DNA of 64,000 bases from Eledone cirrhosa (GCA_964016885.1 OZ024753.1:36332001-36396000), one strand, 5' to 3'; counted from the first letter of the stretch, positions 26,579 to 42,558 are shown. Notes: a model not told the origin generated them from the sequence alone. Numbers and translations: made by a program.

Positions 26579-26601
26579 CATATGTATATATATATATATA
26601 C

Positions 26602-26708
<107 letters not shown>

Positions 26709-26747
26709 CATATGTATATATATATATATACATATGTATATATATAC

Positions 26748-26795
<48 letters not shown>

Positions 26796-26813
26796 GTATA
26801 TATATATATATAC

Positions 26814-26900
<87 letters not shown>

Positions 26901-26926
26901 CATATATATACATATATATATATAAG

Positions 26927-26959
<33 letters not shown>

Positions 26960-27046
26960 ATACATATATATACATATATATATATAAGTATATACATATA
27001 TATATATATAAGTATATATATATAAGTATATATATATATATATATC

Positions 27047-27079
<33 letters not shown>

Positions 27080-27189
27080 GTATATATATATATATATATA
27101 TATAAGTATATATATATATATATATATATATAAGTATATATATATATATATATATATAAGTATATATATATATATATATATATATATAA

Positions 27190-27229
<40 letters not shown>

Positions 27230-27249
27230 TATATATATATATATATAAG

Positions 27250-27283
<34 letters not shown>

Positions 27284-27365
27284 AGTATATATATATATAT
27301 ACATATATATATATACATAAGTTTATATATATATATACATATATATATATACATAAGTTTATATA

Positions 27366-27411
<46 letters not shown>

Positions 27412-27626
27412 GCATGTAGACTGTCTCTATTTCTTTTTCTTTGCAATTGTCAATCACTTTTTATTTTCTGTCTGCCTATTTATCCCCCCCCCCTCCCTCT
27501 TTAACCACCTCTCTCTCTCTCCGTATCTATCTATATCTATATATACACATATATATATATATATATATAACAATTCCTTTGTTATATATATATATATTTA
27601 TATATATATATATATTTATATATATA

Positions 27627-27800
27627 ACAAAGGAGTTGTGGTAAGGAACCAGATGGACCATAACGCACCAGAGTACTCAATACTTTGGGTAGTAGAGTGT
27701 GAAATAGGAAAAAGTATGACTCCGACGGGAGAGCTCAAGCCGTTTCGACGGCTATTTCCGTCGAAACGGCTTGAGCTCTGCCGTCGGGGTCATACTTTTT

Positions 27801-27805
<5 letters not shown>
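27627..27805. mobile_element. Family A element with fold-back inversion
   Basis: ...GCCGTTTCGACGG-ctattt-CCGTCGAAACGGC... palindrome, flanked by (TA)n. Confidence 0.8.
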
Positions 27806-27851
<46 letters not shown>

Positions 27852-27852
27852 G

Positions 27853-27905
27853 GAGCTTCTACAGGACTAGTACTGTTTCATTCAGATGAAATCTTCAGGA
27901 AGCTC
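27853..27905 (-). ncRNA. Type I hammerhead ribozyme, canonical core
   Basis: Minus strand: gagcttc-CTGAAGA-tttcatctgaat-GAAACAG-tactagtc-CTGTA-gaagctc (7-bp stem I); related half-copies at 42424-42510 and 62961-63038. Confidence 0.85.
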
Positions 27906-28419
27906 TTGAAAATTTTACTCTGCCATGTATTGAGTACCTTACTTACTGTGGTTATCCCCGACTCAACCCGGGACCTACGTATATATATATATATATATAT
28001 ATATCTTCCCACCACCCTCATCTTAACCACCACCTCTCATGCCTGCCCCCTGTTTACCTCTTTTGACGATTACGTTGTAATTTCCTATTCATAAAACGCT
28101 GGGTTTGTTACTCCAATGTTTAAACATGTTATAAATGAGCTGTAGGAGATAGAGAACAACAGAAAAAGAAACATGGAGAGGATGAGGAAGAGGATGGGGA
28201 AGAGGAGAGGGAAGAGACGGAGGAAGCGGAGGAGGAGGAACTATTAAAGACCCTGGATTGTGCGGTCGACTGGAAAATATCGCTTTACAACTGAATCTAA
28301 ATATCTAAATAAATGAACGGCCTCTACCCCCCCCCCCCCCATTGCTCTGACACTAACCGTGCTCATGACAACTACCAGTTCATCTATTTCTTACAGTCAG
28401 CCTGTCATTCTTACAACCA

Positions 28420-29120
28420 AACAGCCATCTAGCCATCAAGCCAGCCTGCTAGCCATCCTACTAGCCAAACAGCCAGCCATCCAGTTAGCCATCTTGCTAG
28501 CTAGATATATATCCCACCATCCAGCCAACTCATGAATCAATCTATCCATTCATCCGTCCAAATAGCCATCTAGCCATCCAGCTAACTAGTCATCTAGCCC
28601 TCCAGTTAGCCAGTCATATAGCCATCAAGCCAGTCATCTAACCATCTAGCTAGTTAGTCATTTTACCATCCAGCTAGCTAGTCATCAAGCCATCCAGTTA
28701 GTTAGTCAGTTTACCATCCAGTTAGCTAGTCATCTAGCCATCCAGCTAGCCAGTCATTTTACCATCCAGTTAGCTAGCCATTTTACCATCCAGTTAGCTA
28801 GTCATTTTACCATCTAGCCACCCAGTTAACCAGTCATCTAGCGATCCAGTTAGCCAGTCATTTTACCATCCACCTAGCCAGTCATTTTACAATTCAGCTA
28901 GCTAGTCATCTCGCTATCCAGTTAGCCAGTCATTTTACCATCCACCTAGCCAGTCATTTTACCATCCAGTTAGCCAGTCATTTTACCATCCAGCTGGCCA
29001 GTGATCTAGCCACCCAACTAGCTAGTCATCTAGCCATCCAACTAACCATCCAGTCACCCATCTTGCTTGCTAACTATGCATCAATCTATCCAACCATCCA
29101 CCCGTCCAACCATCCAAACA
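28420..29120. repeat. Degenerate (AGCC/ATCC) tetranucleotide-derived satellite with 24-bp period
   Basis: Recurring CCATCCAGTTAGCCAGTCATTTTA; similar repeat in reverse at 57660-58020. Confidence 0.8.
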
Positions 29121-29332
29121 CTCATCTATCTAACAGGTCAACCAGCCATCTTGCCCATCAACCATTCACTTCCAATCAACCATTTCACTTTCATAAAGTA
29201 GATGTATATATATGTATATTCGATAGATTATCCGTCTGTCAGAGAAATAGATAACTGGTATGGCTGATCGATATATTGGAAGGCCTCTCATCAGAAATAT
29301 GCTTATATGAAAACAACAATGAAAATAATAAT

Positions 29333-29740
29333 AATTTCTACTCTAGGCACAATGCCACCTATATTTGAGGGAGGGGAAAGTCGATTAAATCGACCCCAGT
29401 GCATTACTGGTGGCAAAACTAACCTTAACCTCAGAACGTAAAGGACCACAACTCTATGCTGCAAAGCATGGTGTCTGACACTCTATCGATACTGCCAATC
29501 ACCACTCTAACACCACCAACAAAGATAATGGTTTCTTATATAGGCACAAGGCCAGCAATTATTTTGGGAGAGGGGAAAGTCGATTAAATCGACCCCAGTG
29601 CATTACTGGTATTTTATTTTATCAACTCTGTGCGGATAAAAGGCAAAACTAACCTCAACCTCAGAACGTAAAGCACCATAACTCTATGCTTGCAAAGCAT
29701 AGTGTCTGACACTCTATCGATACTACCAACCCACCGCTCT
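29333..29740 (-). mobile_element. Two tandem diverged Nin-like SINE copies
   Basis: GGGGAAAGTCGATTAAATCGACCCCAGTGCATTACTGG subfamily tail present twice. Confidence 0.75.
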
Positions 29741-31130
29741 AATACCAACAACAATAACAACAACAAAACCTACCTTATCTTCTTTTCCTTTCAAACATTC
29801 CTCAGTTGTTTCCTTTCTTTCATCTCACACAGTTGTTTCATCTTTATTTCTTCATTTATAAGTTTTCTTCTCCCAAACAAATCCCCTCCTCCCCGCCATT
29901 ACATTTCTGTTCCGTTTACACGAAGTTCTCCATGCTTCCCGTCTTTACTTGAAACTCTTTTCTTCTCGTTTTAGTTCTCGTTATTTCATCTGCCTTCTCG
30001 TTCGTTTTTTTTTTCATTTCAAATTTTCGTTTTTTTCTTCTTCTTCTTCAAATCTTAATTCTTTTTCTAATATCTTCATTCCGTCTGTTATCGAATTTTT
30101 CTTCACGAATGATTTTCGCATTTTTTTCTTCATATTTTATTTATCTAGGTTTTGTTATTGTTTTCTTTCTTTCTCTCCCGCTCTCTCTTATCTCCTCTCA
30201 CCTTTACCTCCACCTCTCTCCTTCTTTCTCCTCTACCCCATCTTCTCTCATTCTCTCCTTCCCTCCCTCCCCTTCTCTTCTCTCTCGCTCTCTCCTCTCT
30301 CGCTCTCTCCTTCTCTCTCTCTCTCCTTCTCTCTCCCGCTCTCTCTTTTCATTCTCTATTTCCCCATCACTCTTCTCCCTCTCTCTTTGCCCTCCCTTTC
30401 TCTCTCCCACACACCCACTCCCCCTTTCTCTCTCTCTCATTTCTTCATTCACGTCACATGGATCTTTCATTTTTGTTGCCATTTTCTCCACACTATTTCC
30501 TATAATTCCATCTCTTTTTATTTAAAAAAAATTTTTTTTATACACTTCTCTCTCCTTGTCTCCTTCTCCCCCCCCCCCCCCATGGCCGCCAACCTCACCA
30601 CTTCATCCTCACCCCTCCAAAATATCACCATAACCCATCGCCTATCCAACAACCCCCACCACCCAACAACCTCATCACCCAACAACATCCTTCTTTCATT
30701 CCTGTGTTTTTCACCTTCCTTTACTTTCCCTGCAAAAGAAACGCAGGAAATTAAGCGACGTTCATGGAACCACTGTTGACAATGCAATGGCGTCTGCGTC
30801 TCTGTTAGTGGTTTCATATGGAACGGCAGGAAAGAGGCCGGACCAGCCTTCTTCCTATGATAACACTCATCAAGTATCGCTCTTCTTCATATCCGTACAC
30901 AGAAGGCATCTTTTCGCCATAACCGCCAGGAGGAAATTAGCTTTCTCCCTCCATTAACAAAGTGAAGTTATTAATTTTTCTTTCTTTCTTTTCTTTCTTT
31001 CTTTCTTTCCTTCTTTCAATCGCCCTCCCACCTCAACTCATCACCTTATTCTTGTACCTATTATAATTGTTAGTGTTGCTTTCGATGTTGATTTTCTTGG
31101 TGCTACTATTATCGCTGTGGCACTTCGTTA

Positions 31131-31174
<44 letters not shown>

Positions 31175-31322
31175 TCTTATTGTTATCTATATTTTTACAC
31201 GCTAAATATGTAAACCCCCACTGCCCCTGTCTAGTATATCGTCCCCTATATGTCTGTCCTTGTGGCCAATAAATGAAACCATTATTATTATTATTATTAT
31301 CATTATTATTATTACAGTTATC

Positions 31323-31368
<46 letters not shown>

Positions 31369-31737
31369 TATTATCGTCATCATCATCATCATCATCATCG
31401 TCGTTATTAATTTTCTCTTCTTTTACTGATGTTGCTGTTTCAATTATTATTAGTATTATTGTTGTTCTTGTTTCTTCAATGTTGCCCTTGGTTTAATCCC
31501 CCGTTCGTATTTGTTTGTGTCTGACGATTCGGCGCAAATATTTTCGCCTCCATATTTGTTTGTTTGCTTGTTTGTTTACAAATACACATGTCTTCTCACA
31601 ACCAATCTCAATATATTTTCTCTCACTTCCTCCTCCTCCTCCTGCTCCTGCTGTTGCTACTGCTGCTGCTGCTGCTGCACGAAGTTTTTCTCTAACCATA
31701 ATTGTTACTGAATAAAAAAAAATTGTTTGTCTATTTC

Positions 31738-31768
<31 letters not shown>

Positions 31769-32241
31769 TGTATGTATGTATGTATGTATGTATGTATGTA
31801 TGTATGTATGTGTGTGCGTGTGTGTGTATATATATATGTATATGTATATTATTATTGTTGTTGTCGTTATTATTATTGTTGTTATTATTATTATTATTAT
31901 TGTTATTAATGTATGTGTGTGTGTATATGTCTGTGAGTATGTGTGTGTGTGTGGCTATATATGTATGTATATGTATATATATATTTCTTTTTTTATTTTT
32001 ATTTTATTTTTATTTATTTATTATTATTATTTTTTTTTTCTTTCTCCTCGTGCAATGGCCATACTCGATAACGAGGGGGCAGCCATCATGCATGCATGCA
32101 TGTATGTATGTATGTATGTATGTATGTATGTATGTATGTATGTATGTATGTATGTATGTATGTATGTATGTATGCATGTATGCATGTATGCATGCATGTA
32201 TGTATGTATGTATGTATGCATGCATGTATGTATATATTTAT

Positions 32242-32847
32242 GTCAGGTCAACAGTTGGTGCCACTGGTAACATGAATCCCAGTACAACCTGTCTCATGGT
32301 CGGGTCGTTGGCGACTAAACTGGCAACCCCACCAAGGTTTCTTGGTGAGGAGGGTGACTTTGGACATCCTGCAGGACTAAAAACAAAACCTGTCAAAGGG
32401 CAAAGGATCTCTTAAGAGTCAATGGCCATCCAAAATCACCGGGAGAGATGACCCCTTAGCCTTTGTCAAGGCAGAATTCTAGGAGAAGGAAAACTCTGAT
32501 ATAACACCTGCAACTCTGATGGTATCCAATGATGTTGACTTGTTCTTCTTTTTGGTAAATATCATCTTGGTTAAGAGAGTGGGACTGGCTTTGTGCAGTG
32601 CCTTTGCTCACTATAAAAGCTTCACGGCACAGGCATTTTTTTATATCTGGAGATCTCTCTGCACTTGTCATCACATGGTATCATGGGCCCAGCACTGTGT
32701 CAATATTTGTCACAAGTGTAGTGTTTGTACCAGAGTTTTCAAGTCGCTGGCTGGACTAAAAAGTCACACTCGTTCAGCGCATCGGTAGGGGTTCTCCTAC
32801 ATGGGTATAAAGTAGTGGCCGTACTCAAAAACGAGTTGGCAGCCACC

Positions 32848-32848
<1 letters not shown>
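32242..32848 (+). mobile_element. RTE-derived ~600-bp element, copy 2
   Basis: As 15466-16065; intact terminal [23 protein letters not shown]. Confidence 0.75.
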
Positions 32849-32917
<69 letters not shown>

Positions 32918-32986
32918 TTGTGCTTGTATATATATATGTATCTATGTATATTATATACATACATCTAGACACACACACACACACAT

Positions 32987-33033
<47 letters not shown>

Positions 33034-33170
33034 GTATTTATACAGAGCAAGTAACCGATGGTGTAGTCTGGTTACACTTCTTAACATATATCTTAATTAA
33101 TTACCAACACGAGTACTAATTATATGCAACTTAGTATTTCAGAATAATTGTGGATAATTGGATGATATGC

Positions 33171-33219
33171 ACGTCTTCTGATGAAGGTCCAATAAGATCA
33201 GAAAATCAATAAAGGATGT
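33171..33219 (+). ncRNA. Degenerate hammerhead
   Basis: acgtctt-CTGATGA-aggtc-caataa-gatca-GAAA-atcaataa-aggatgt; stem III not properly paired. Confidence 0.4.
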
Positions 33220-33315
33220 TATCATTTTCTTCAATTTACAGGGAAATTCGTATTTTCATGCCTACACACACACACACACAACACACACAGATATATATAT
33301 ATATATATATATATA

Positions 33316-33820
<505 letters not shown>

Positions 33821-33821
33821 G

Positions 33822-33852
<31 letters not shown>

Positions 33853-33881
33853 GTATATATATATATGTATATATATATATG

Positions 33882-33968
<87 letters not shown>

Positions 33969-33993
33969 GTATATATATGTATGTATATATATG

Positions 33994-34048
<55 letters not shown>

Positions 34049-34349
34049 GTCTAATATGTAGGCATGAAAATACGAATATGTATATATATATATTGGTGCT
34101 GTTACGGTTACACAGTCTGTATATATATACAGACATAAGTTTTTATCATACATTTCGGATGCTAGCGCACTTATCAATACATACATACACACATACATAT
34201 ATATGTATATATATATGTATGTGTGTATGTATGTGGAACAGCGTCTCCAGGAACTCTGTTGTTCCAAATAAATAACAAGAGGCTCATAATGAAATCCCAA
34301 AAAATATCTTATATAAAAAAGTTGAAATTGGAACATAGTCACACACACG

Positions 34350-34440
<91 letters not shown>

Positions 34441-34506
34441 GTACACACATACATATATGTTTGAGTGTGTGCATGCATGTGCACCTGTGTCTGTTTTCTC
34501 ATATAT

Positions 34507-34537
<31 letters not shown>

Positions 34538-34555
34538 AATGTCTCTCTCTCTCTG

Positions 34556-34631
<76 letters not shown>

Positions 34632-34904
34632 AAGCAGCAGAAAATCTGACCAAAAGATAAAAGAAGTCTAACTTTTGCACCATTTGTTTTCAGGTAGCCA
34701 TTCAAGCCTCTGAAGGCAACGAGACCGGAAGGGGTTTCTTTACAATTGCAGATCACTTCCGTCCGACCCAGCATTACCCTTCCAGCCAAAAAGAAACGGA
34801 AGGCAACCCACATTGTCTCATAGAATACCGGAAATGTTGAAGTTACTTCTCTTAGAGGCGATTATTTCAAGTGTAAAAGTCCTTGCCTTTAACGTCTGAT
34901 TTTC

Positions 34905-35504
34905 TGACTGCTGTTAACACTGCTGCTGTTGTTGCTGTTGCTGCTGTTGTTGCTGCTGTTGTTGCTGCTGTTGCTGTTAACACTGCTGCTGTTGTTGCTG
35001 TTGCTGCTGTGTTGCTGTTGCTGTTGTTGCTGCTGTTATTGTTGCTGCTGTTGTTGCTGTTGCTGCTGTTGTTGCTGTTGTTGCTGTTGCTGTTGTTGCT
35101 GCTGTTGCTGTTAACACTGCTGCTGCTGTTGTTGTTGCTGCTGTTGTTGCTGTTGTTGCTGTTGCTGTTGTTGCTGCTGTTATTGTTGCTGCTGTTGCTG
35201 CTGTTGTTGCTGTTGTTGCTGTTGCTGCTGTTGCTGTTAACACTGCTGCTGTTGTTGCTGTTGCTGCTGTTGCTGCTGTTATTGTTGCTGCTGTTGCTGT
35301 TAACACTGCTGCTGTTGTTGCTGTTGCTGCTGTTGTTGCTGTTGTTGCTGTTGCTGTTGTTGCTGCTGTTGCTGTTAACACTGCTGCTGCTATTGTTGTT
35401 GCTGCTGTTGTTGTTGTTGTTGTTGCTGCTGTTGTTGCTGTTAACACTTCTGTTGTTGCTGTTGCTGCTGTTGCTGTTGTTGCTGCTGTTATTGTTGCTG
35501 CTGT

Positions 35505-35539
<35 letters not shown>

Positions 35540-35636
35540 TTGTTGCTGTTGTTGCTGCTGCTGCTGTTGTTGCTGCAGTTGCTGTTAACACTGCTGCTGC
35601 TGTTGTTGTTGCTGCTGTTGCTGTTGCTGTTGTTGT

Positions 35637-35674
<38 letters not shown>

Positions 35675-36174
35675 TTGTTATTGCTGTTGTTGTTGCTGTT
35701 GCTGTTGTTGCTGTTGCTGTTGTTGCTGCTGTTATTGTTGCTGCTGTTGTTGTTGCTGCTGTTGCTGTTGTTGCTGCTAACACTTCTGTTGTTGCTGTTG
35801 TTGCTGCTGTTATTGTTGCTGCTGTTGTTGCTGCTGCTGTTGTTGTTGCTGTTGTTGCTGCTGCTGCTGTTGTTGCTGCAGTTGCTGTTAACACTGCTGC
35901 TGCTGTTGTTGTTGCTGCTGTTGCTGTTGCTGTTGTTGTTGCTGTTGTTGCTGCTGCTGTTGTTGTTGTTGTTGTTACTGCTGTTGTTGTTGTTGTTGCT
36001 GTTGTTGCTGTTGCTGTTGTTGCTGCTGTTATTGTTGCTGCTGTTGTTGTTGTTGCTGCTGTTGCTGTTGCTGTTGTTGCTGCTGTTATTGTTGCTGCTG
36101 TTGTTGTTGTTGCTGCTGTTGCTGTTGTTGCTGCTAACACTGCTGCTGTTGCTGTTGTTGCTGCTGTTATTGTT

Positions 36175-36238
<64 letters not shown>

Positions 36239-36305
36239 TTGCTGCAGTTGCTGTTAACACTGCTGCTGCTGTTGTTGTTGCTGCTGTTGCTGTTGCTGTT
36301 GTTGT

Positions 36306-36343
<38 letters not shown>

Positions 36344-36646
36344 TTACTGCTGTTGTTGTTGTTGCTGTTGTTGCTGCTGTTGTTGTTGCTGTTACTGCTG
36401 TTGCTGTTGTTGTTGTTGTTGCTGTTGTTGCTGCTGTTGTTGCTGTTATTGTTGTTGTTGTTGCTGTTAACACTGCTGCTGTTGTTGCTGCTGTTGTTGT
36501 TGCTGCTGTTGCTGCTGTTGTTGCTGTTGTTGTTGCTGCTGTTGCTGTTGTTGTTGCTGCTGTTATTGCTGCTGCTGCTGTTGTTGTTGCTGCTGTTGTT
36601 GCTGCTGCAGTTGTTGTTGTTGTTGCTGCTGCTGTTGTGTTGCTGC

Positions 36647-36717
<71 letters not shown>

Positions 36718-36795
36718 CTGTTGTTGTTGCTGCCGTTGTTGCTACTGTTGTTGTTGCTGCTGTTGCTACAGCTGTTGTTGTTGTTCTTGTTGCTG
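34905..36795. repeat. 1.9-kb (GCT/GTT)n cryptic trinucleotide array
   Basis: Direct reading; punctuated by GTTAACACT; explains the poly-Leu and poly-Thr/Ala ORFs. Confidence 0.92.
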
Positions 36796-36871
36796 TTCCC
36801 CCCCAAACTGTATACACACTTTGATTAGAATGCTGTTGAAGTGTGCATACATCTTTTTGGGACACCCTGTA
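36796..36871. mobile_element. Tc1/mariner-like tiny MITE remnant
   Basis: Right end TTTTGGGACACCCTG-TA with partial inverted match upstream (TGTATACACACTT / AAGTGTGCATACA). Confidence 0.5.
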
Positions 36872-36885
36872 TTTGTCGACCCCGG

Positions 36886-37110
36886 AATAATTGTTTCTAC
36901 TTTTGGCACAGTACCAGCTATTTGATTGGAGGGAAGGGGAAAATCGATTAAATCGATCCCAGTGTGTTAACGGTCATGCTTTACAGCATAGTTACGTCCC
37001 TTTACGTTCTGAGTTCAAATCCCACCAAGGTCTTACGAGGTCGATAAAATAAAGTACCAGTAATGTACTGGGATAATTGCTAGCATTGTGCCAAAAGTAG
37101 AAACAATTAT
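36886..37110. mobile_element. Head-to-head Nin-like SINE fragments
   Basis: ATAATTGTTTCTACTTTTGGCACA at left, TGTGCCAAAAGTAGAAACAATTAT at right. Confidence 0.7.
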
Positions 37111-37135
37111 TTTATCTATATCTCTTTCTGAGTTC

Positions 37136-37228
<93 letters not shown>

Positions 37229-37554
37229 TCTCTCTCTATTCTTCTCTGGAAGAAATCTGTAGTATTCAGACCTGGAGAGGAGATGCGTTCTGCCAGGTTT
37301 ATAAATGCCCTAGAAACAGCATATGTTAATATGGCGTCGCAAAGATTCCAGCAGGAGTTACGGCACCACGCAGGCATCAAAGGATGTCCAACTTTACTGT
37401 TAGCAGAAGGGGACTCTTGCGTTATTTAGAAGGGTTTATCGTACTTTACAGAATTGTATTTCAAACCCTCTGAAGTTGTTGTAGGTTTCGGCTTGAATGT
37501 TTACACTGTAGATATATTTCTCCACAACATTTCAAAACGGAGACTACTACTACA

Positions 37555-37601
<47 letters not shown>

Positions 37602-37778
37602 CAATAATTGTAATAAGGGTAGGTTAATGCCCACAATCAAGGACCATTCAAATCATTGAAGTGTATAGGGATATTGACAGATAAACCACACACACACAGA
37701 GGAATATATATACATAGATATATGTATATATATATACATATGTACATATATGTATATATATATGTAAATACACACACA

Positions 37779-37823
<45 letters not shown>

Positions 37824-38420
37824 CTTGGGGAGGGTCATATTGTTGTAATATTGCCAGAAATAAGACCAGAACACACTGTTTGGTTGGTTTTCGCTTCCGT
37901 ATCTTTTATATCTCCATAGATAATTTATTTGGCAATGAATGTTTATCATTGATTGACCAGCGGTTAAAAATACATATAGATATAAATATATATAATTGAA
38001 TAAACAAGAGAGATGAACACTAATATAAACATACATGTGTTCGAATCGTAAGGACCAAGTTTGCTAGGGTGAAAAAATACTAACTACAGCAATATGGTTT
38101 GTCAGACTTAATTTTAAGTATTAAATTAAGAAAAATAACAGAGCTATATCGGGCAATCGCCTGGTAACAACTAGACAGTTTTGGAAACTGTTTCGCAATA
38201 TCTTATTAAGAGAAGTCCACACTTTTCTCTTCTCCTCAGTAGTTGTTGAGAAATTAGTGATCCTTCCACTTCTAAAAATATTAGTAGACTGAATTGCGTG
38301 CGATAAGATATATCGCACGTGTCTTCGGAACTCAGCTTGTCTCGAAATTCCATGCCGCTAAAAATAGCAGCCTGGTTAACAGGACATTAAAATTAGCTCT
38401 ACATGATGGAGCCGACAGTC

Positions 38421-38464
38421 TATCAAAGTTCTTTCGTTGCACATCTGCAACATCATCAGTGGTA
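38421..38464 (-). ncRNA. Minimal type I hammerhead
   Basis: Minus strand: tacca-CTGATGA-tgttgca-gatg-tgcaac-GAAAG-aa-CTT-tgata. Confidence 0.7.
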
Positions 38465-38569
38465 CTATTACAACTAATATATATATATATCGCCATGGAC
38501 TGGGACCAATAACACAATAAATGAATACATGTCTTTACATGCAAATGTATGTATGTAAGTTTACATATG

Positions 38570-38606
<37 letters not shown>

Positions 38607-38618
38607 TTATCTATATCA

Positions 38619-38727
<109 letters not shown>

Positions 38728-38781
38728 CAGTAAGAAAAAAGTAATTTGCCATATGCGTATATGTGTATATTTGTTTGCATA

Positions 38782-38851
<70 letters not shown>

Positions 38852-38904
38852 TATGCAAACAAATGTACACATATATACATGCATATCTTAAAAAATATAA
38901 TATG

Positions 38905-38945
<41 letters not shown>

Positions 38946-39163
38946 TTTCTGTCTCTTCTATGCATATATATTTTCTATGTGTTTGCATAGGAATAAGTTG
39001 TGCAAAATGAGGCTTGTGACAATAATAATAATATTTTTCGGGCGAGGAAAGCCGTGAATATTGTTTAGTGACAAATATTTGTAATCTCGCCAGCCACTGT
39101 GAAATTTGTCTCTACAAAACTTTTGTACAATGTTTTCATTTCGAGAAAAACTTTTTGCTAGAG

Positions 39164-39194
<31 letters not shown>

Positions 39195-39410
39195 GTACAT
39201 ATATATATGCATATATATATATGCATATATATGTATATATATGTATATATATATATACATATATATGTATATATATGTATATATATGTATATATATATAT
39301 ACATATATATGTATATATATGTATATATATATATATATGTATATATATACATATATATACATATATATGTATATATATACATATATATACATATATATGT
39401 ATATATATTT

Positions 39411-39473
<63 letters not shown>

Positions 39474-39620
39474 CATATATATGTATATATATATACATAT
39501 ACATATATATATATACATATATATGTATATATATACATATACATATATATATATACATATATATGTATATATATATATACATATATATTTATAAATATAT
39601 ATATACATATATATATATAC

Positions 39621-39651
<31 letters not shown>

Positions 39652-39804
39652 TGTATATACATATATATATATATATACATATTTATAAATATATATATAT
39701 ACATATATATATTTATAAATATATATATATACATATATATATACATATATATATATATACATATAGATATATATACATGTATATATATATATATACATAT
39801 TTAT

Positions 39805-39849
<45 letters not shown>

Positions 39850-39982
39850 GCCTCAGGTTATATTGGCAATGTTGGGACTCGTTTTTATTTTTGTATATAT
39901 AATGCTCTCTCTATTTTCCCTCTTTTTTTTTCAATCTCTCTCTCTTTTTCTCTATATATAACACACCTTTTCCTGCCCCCCC

Positions 39983-40018
<36 letters not shown>

Positions 40019-40190
40019 TACTGTTAGACTCAATCACTGCCCCTCATTCACAATCCTTATTATTGGTCCAACCATTTCTCACTTATTAAGAAGCCTACTA
40101 TTGCAGCATTGTAAAAAATTGTTTCCTGTTTTCGACAATATGTGCGTGTATGTATGTATGTACGTAAGTATGTAGGTATATGTGCGTATA

Positions 40191-40250
<60 letters not shown>

Positions 40251-40384
40251 TGTATGTACGTAAGTATATAGGTATATGTGCGTATATGTATGTATATATA
40301 TATATATATATATATGCATGTATGTACGTAAGTATATAGGTATATGTGCGTATATGTATATATATATATATATAATACAGAGAA

Positions 40385-40442
<58 letters not shown>

Positions 40443-40536
40443 GAGAGCGTAAGTGAGAAACAGAGAGGGAGGGAGAATATGTAAATATTTATTTTAATAC
40501 ATATACTCTTTTGTTCTACTTGCTATTTCGTACAAG

Positions 40537-40623
<87 letters not shown>

Positions 40624-40689
40624 AACATTTCTTGGCATAGCTGTTCTGCTAGAAAACAGAGTTTTCTTGAGACCCAAGGATGTCACCAA

Positions 40690-40875
40690 TTGCTCCATTG
40701 TCACGCCCAAAGTCGCTGACGAACAGTGTGGTTTTCGTCCTGGACTCACCACAGACGACCAAATATTCACACTGCAGCAGGTTTTCCAGAAATCGTTTGA
40801 GTATTGCGTTTGAAATAGGTTTTCCAGAAATCGTTTGAGTATTGCGTTTGAAATAGGTTTTCCAGAAATCGTTTG
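40690..40875 (+). pseudogene. RTE-clade reverse transcriptase fragment ending in a 39-bp tandem duplication
   Basis: IVTPKVADEQCGFRPGLTTDDQIFTLQQVFQKSFEY matches the non-LTR RT Q.GFR...T.DQIF motif. Confidence 0.75.
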
Positions 40876-41040
40876 ACACACACACATACACACAGATTCT
40901 TACAACAATGCAGGCAAATACACATACATGTACAACACCACATGCATACACACACACACATACACACTGACGGAAAACTCACCACATATTCAACTGGCAA
41001 TACACACACAGAGACAAACACAAACACATACATGTATGTG

Positions 41041-41296
41041 TGTGTGTGACAGCTCACACCTATATAAGTTTAGCTGGCCTCTTCCAAGGTATATCTCGTT
41101 GGCGGTGTCTTGGGTAATTTAATGATAGGGACCCCAGTCCCTATCATCTCATTTCTACAGCTGAGTAAACTGGAGCAACGTGAAATAAAGTGTCTGTCTT
41201 GCTCAAGGAAACAACACATCACCCGGTCCGAGAATTGAACTCACAGCCTTTCCATTGCAAGCCCAATGCTCTAACCACTAAGCCACGCACCTTCAC
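41041..41296 (-). mobile_element. tRNA-derived SINE, second family (CORE/Meta-like body, (CA)n tail)
   Basis: Minus strand head TGGCTTAGTGGTTAGAGC...GAGTTCAATTCTC; body CCTTGAGCAAGAC..ACTTTATTTCACGTTGCTCCAG. Confidence 0.85.
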
Positions 41297-41837
41297 TATA
41301 CATTTATACACACACCACATTCACGCATGTACACATTCTCACACAGACACACAACTCTCCTCAAACACATACACACGTGTGAACTCCTACATCCATTCCA
41401 TTCTCCATAAAGTGTTGACATTCACCAACAGTGTACAGGAAAATCCGGTCGCCCTTATCCATTGAAATTCTAACACAGTTAAGCCGTTCAGTAAATACAG
41501 TGTTGAATTTTCTTTGTAAAACACGATCTCTTCTGTATTGGCTTTCTTAAACGGCTCCTCAGAACAGAACAACTAATTCACTTTCAGCCTGACGTAGCAA
41601 GCTTTCCTTGTTGATTATATTTAAACATAGCCGCGTATTTTTATTTCAATAATACATCAATTTACACATAGCCATACATTACATTTACAGACATACTGAT
41701 ACTTGTGTGTGTGTGTGCATGAGTGTATATGTGTGTGTATGTGTGTGTATGTGTGTGTCTATGTGTGTGTGTGTGTGTGTGTGTGTATGTATGAATATGT
41801 ATGTATGTATGTATAGATATACACACATTCACGCGGA

Positions 41838-41907
<70 letters not shown>

Positions 41908-41968
41908 TAGATGTGTGTGCATGTATGAATGTATATGTATGTATAGATATACACACATTCGCGTGGAG

Positions 41969-42086
<118 letters not shown>

Positions 42087-42177
42087 TGTGTGTGTGTATG
42101 TATGTATGTGTGTGTATGTGTGTGTGCATGTCTATATGTATGTGTATCTATAGATACACACACATTCGCGCGGATGT

Positions 42178-42244
<67 letters not shown>

Positions 42245-42517
42245 GAGAGAGAGAGAGAGATGTGTGTGTATGTATGTATGTGTGTGGTGGATGTGTGATG
42301 TGAGTAATGGCTGTTTATATAGAAGCAGAAAGAGATCACAGTTAAATAAGGTACTCAATACATGTAGTAGAGCTGATATATAAATAGTTTCAAATAGTTT
42401 CAAATGAATAGTTTCATATGAATTCTACAGAACTAATCATGTTTCGTTCGTTTGAAATACTCTCTTGATGATTTCTACCGACGTATGAAATAACGCTAGT
42501 CCTGTAGAAGTGATTTC

Positions 42518-42555
<38 letters not shown>

Positions 42556-42558
<3 letters not shown>

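Noticed and set aside
32519-32788. 89-aa ORF ending in a C2H2 finger as a host gene
   Set aside because: Lies inside a repeated element; the frame through the finger is broken in the other two copies
34883-36925. 680-aa poly-Leu and 609-aa Thr/Ala mucin-like ORFs
   Set aside because: Pure trinucleotide array open on both strands; no signal peptide, splice context or unique sequence
37240-37430. Unique-looking open frames as host exons (also 30730-30950, 34693-34840, 41390-41590, 63680-63900)
   Set aside because: No recognisable protein motif or convincing pair of splice sites; needs a homology search
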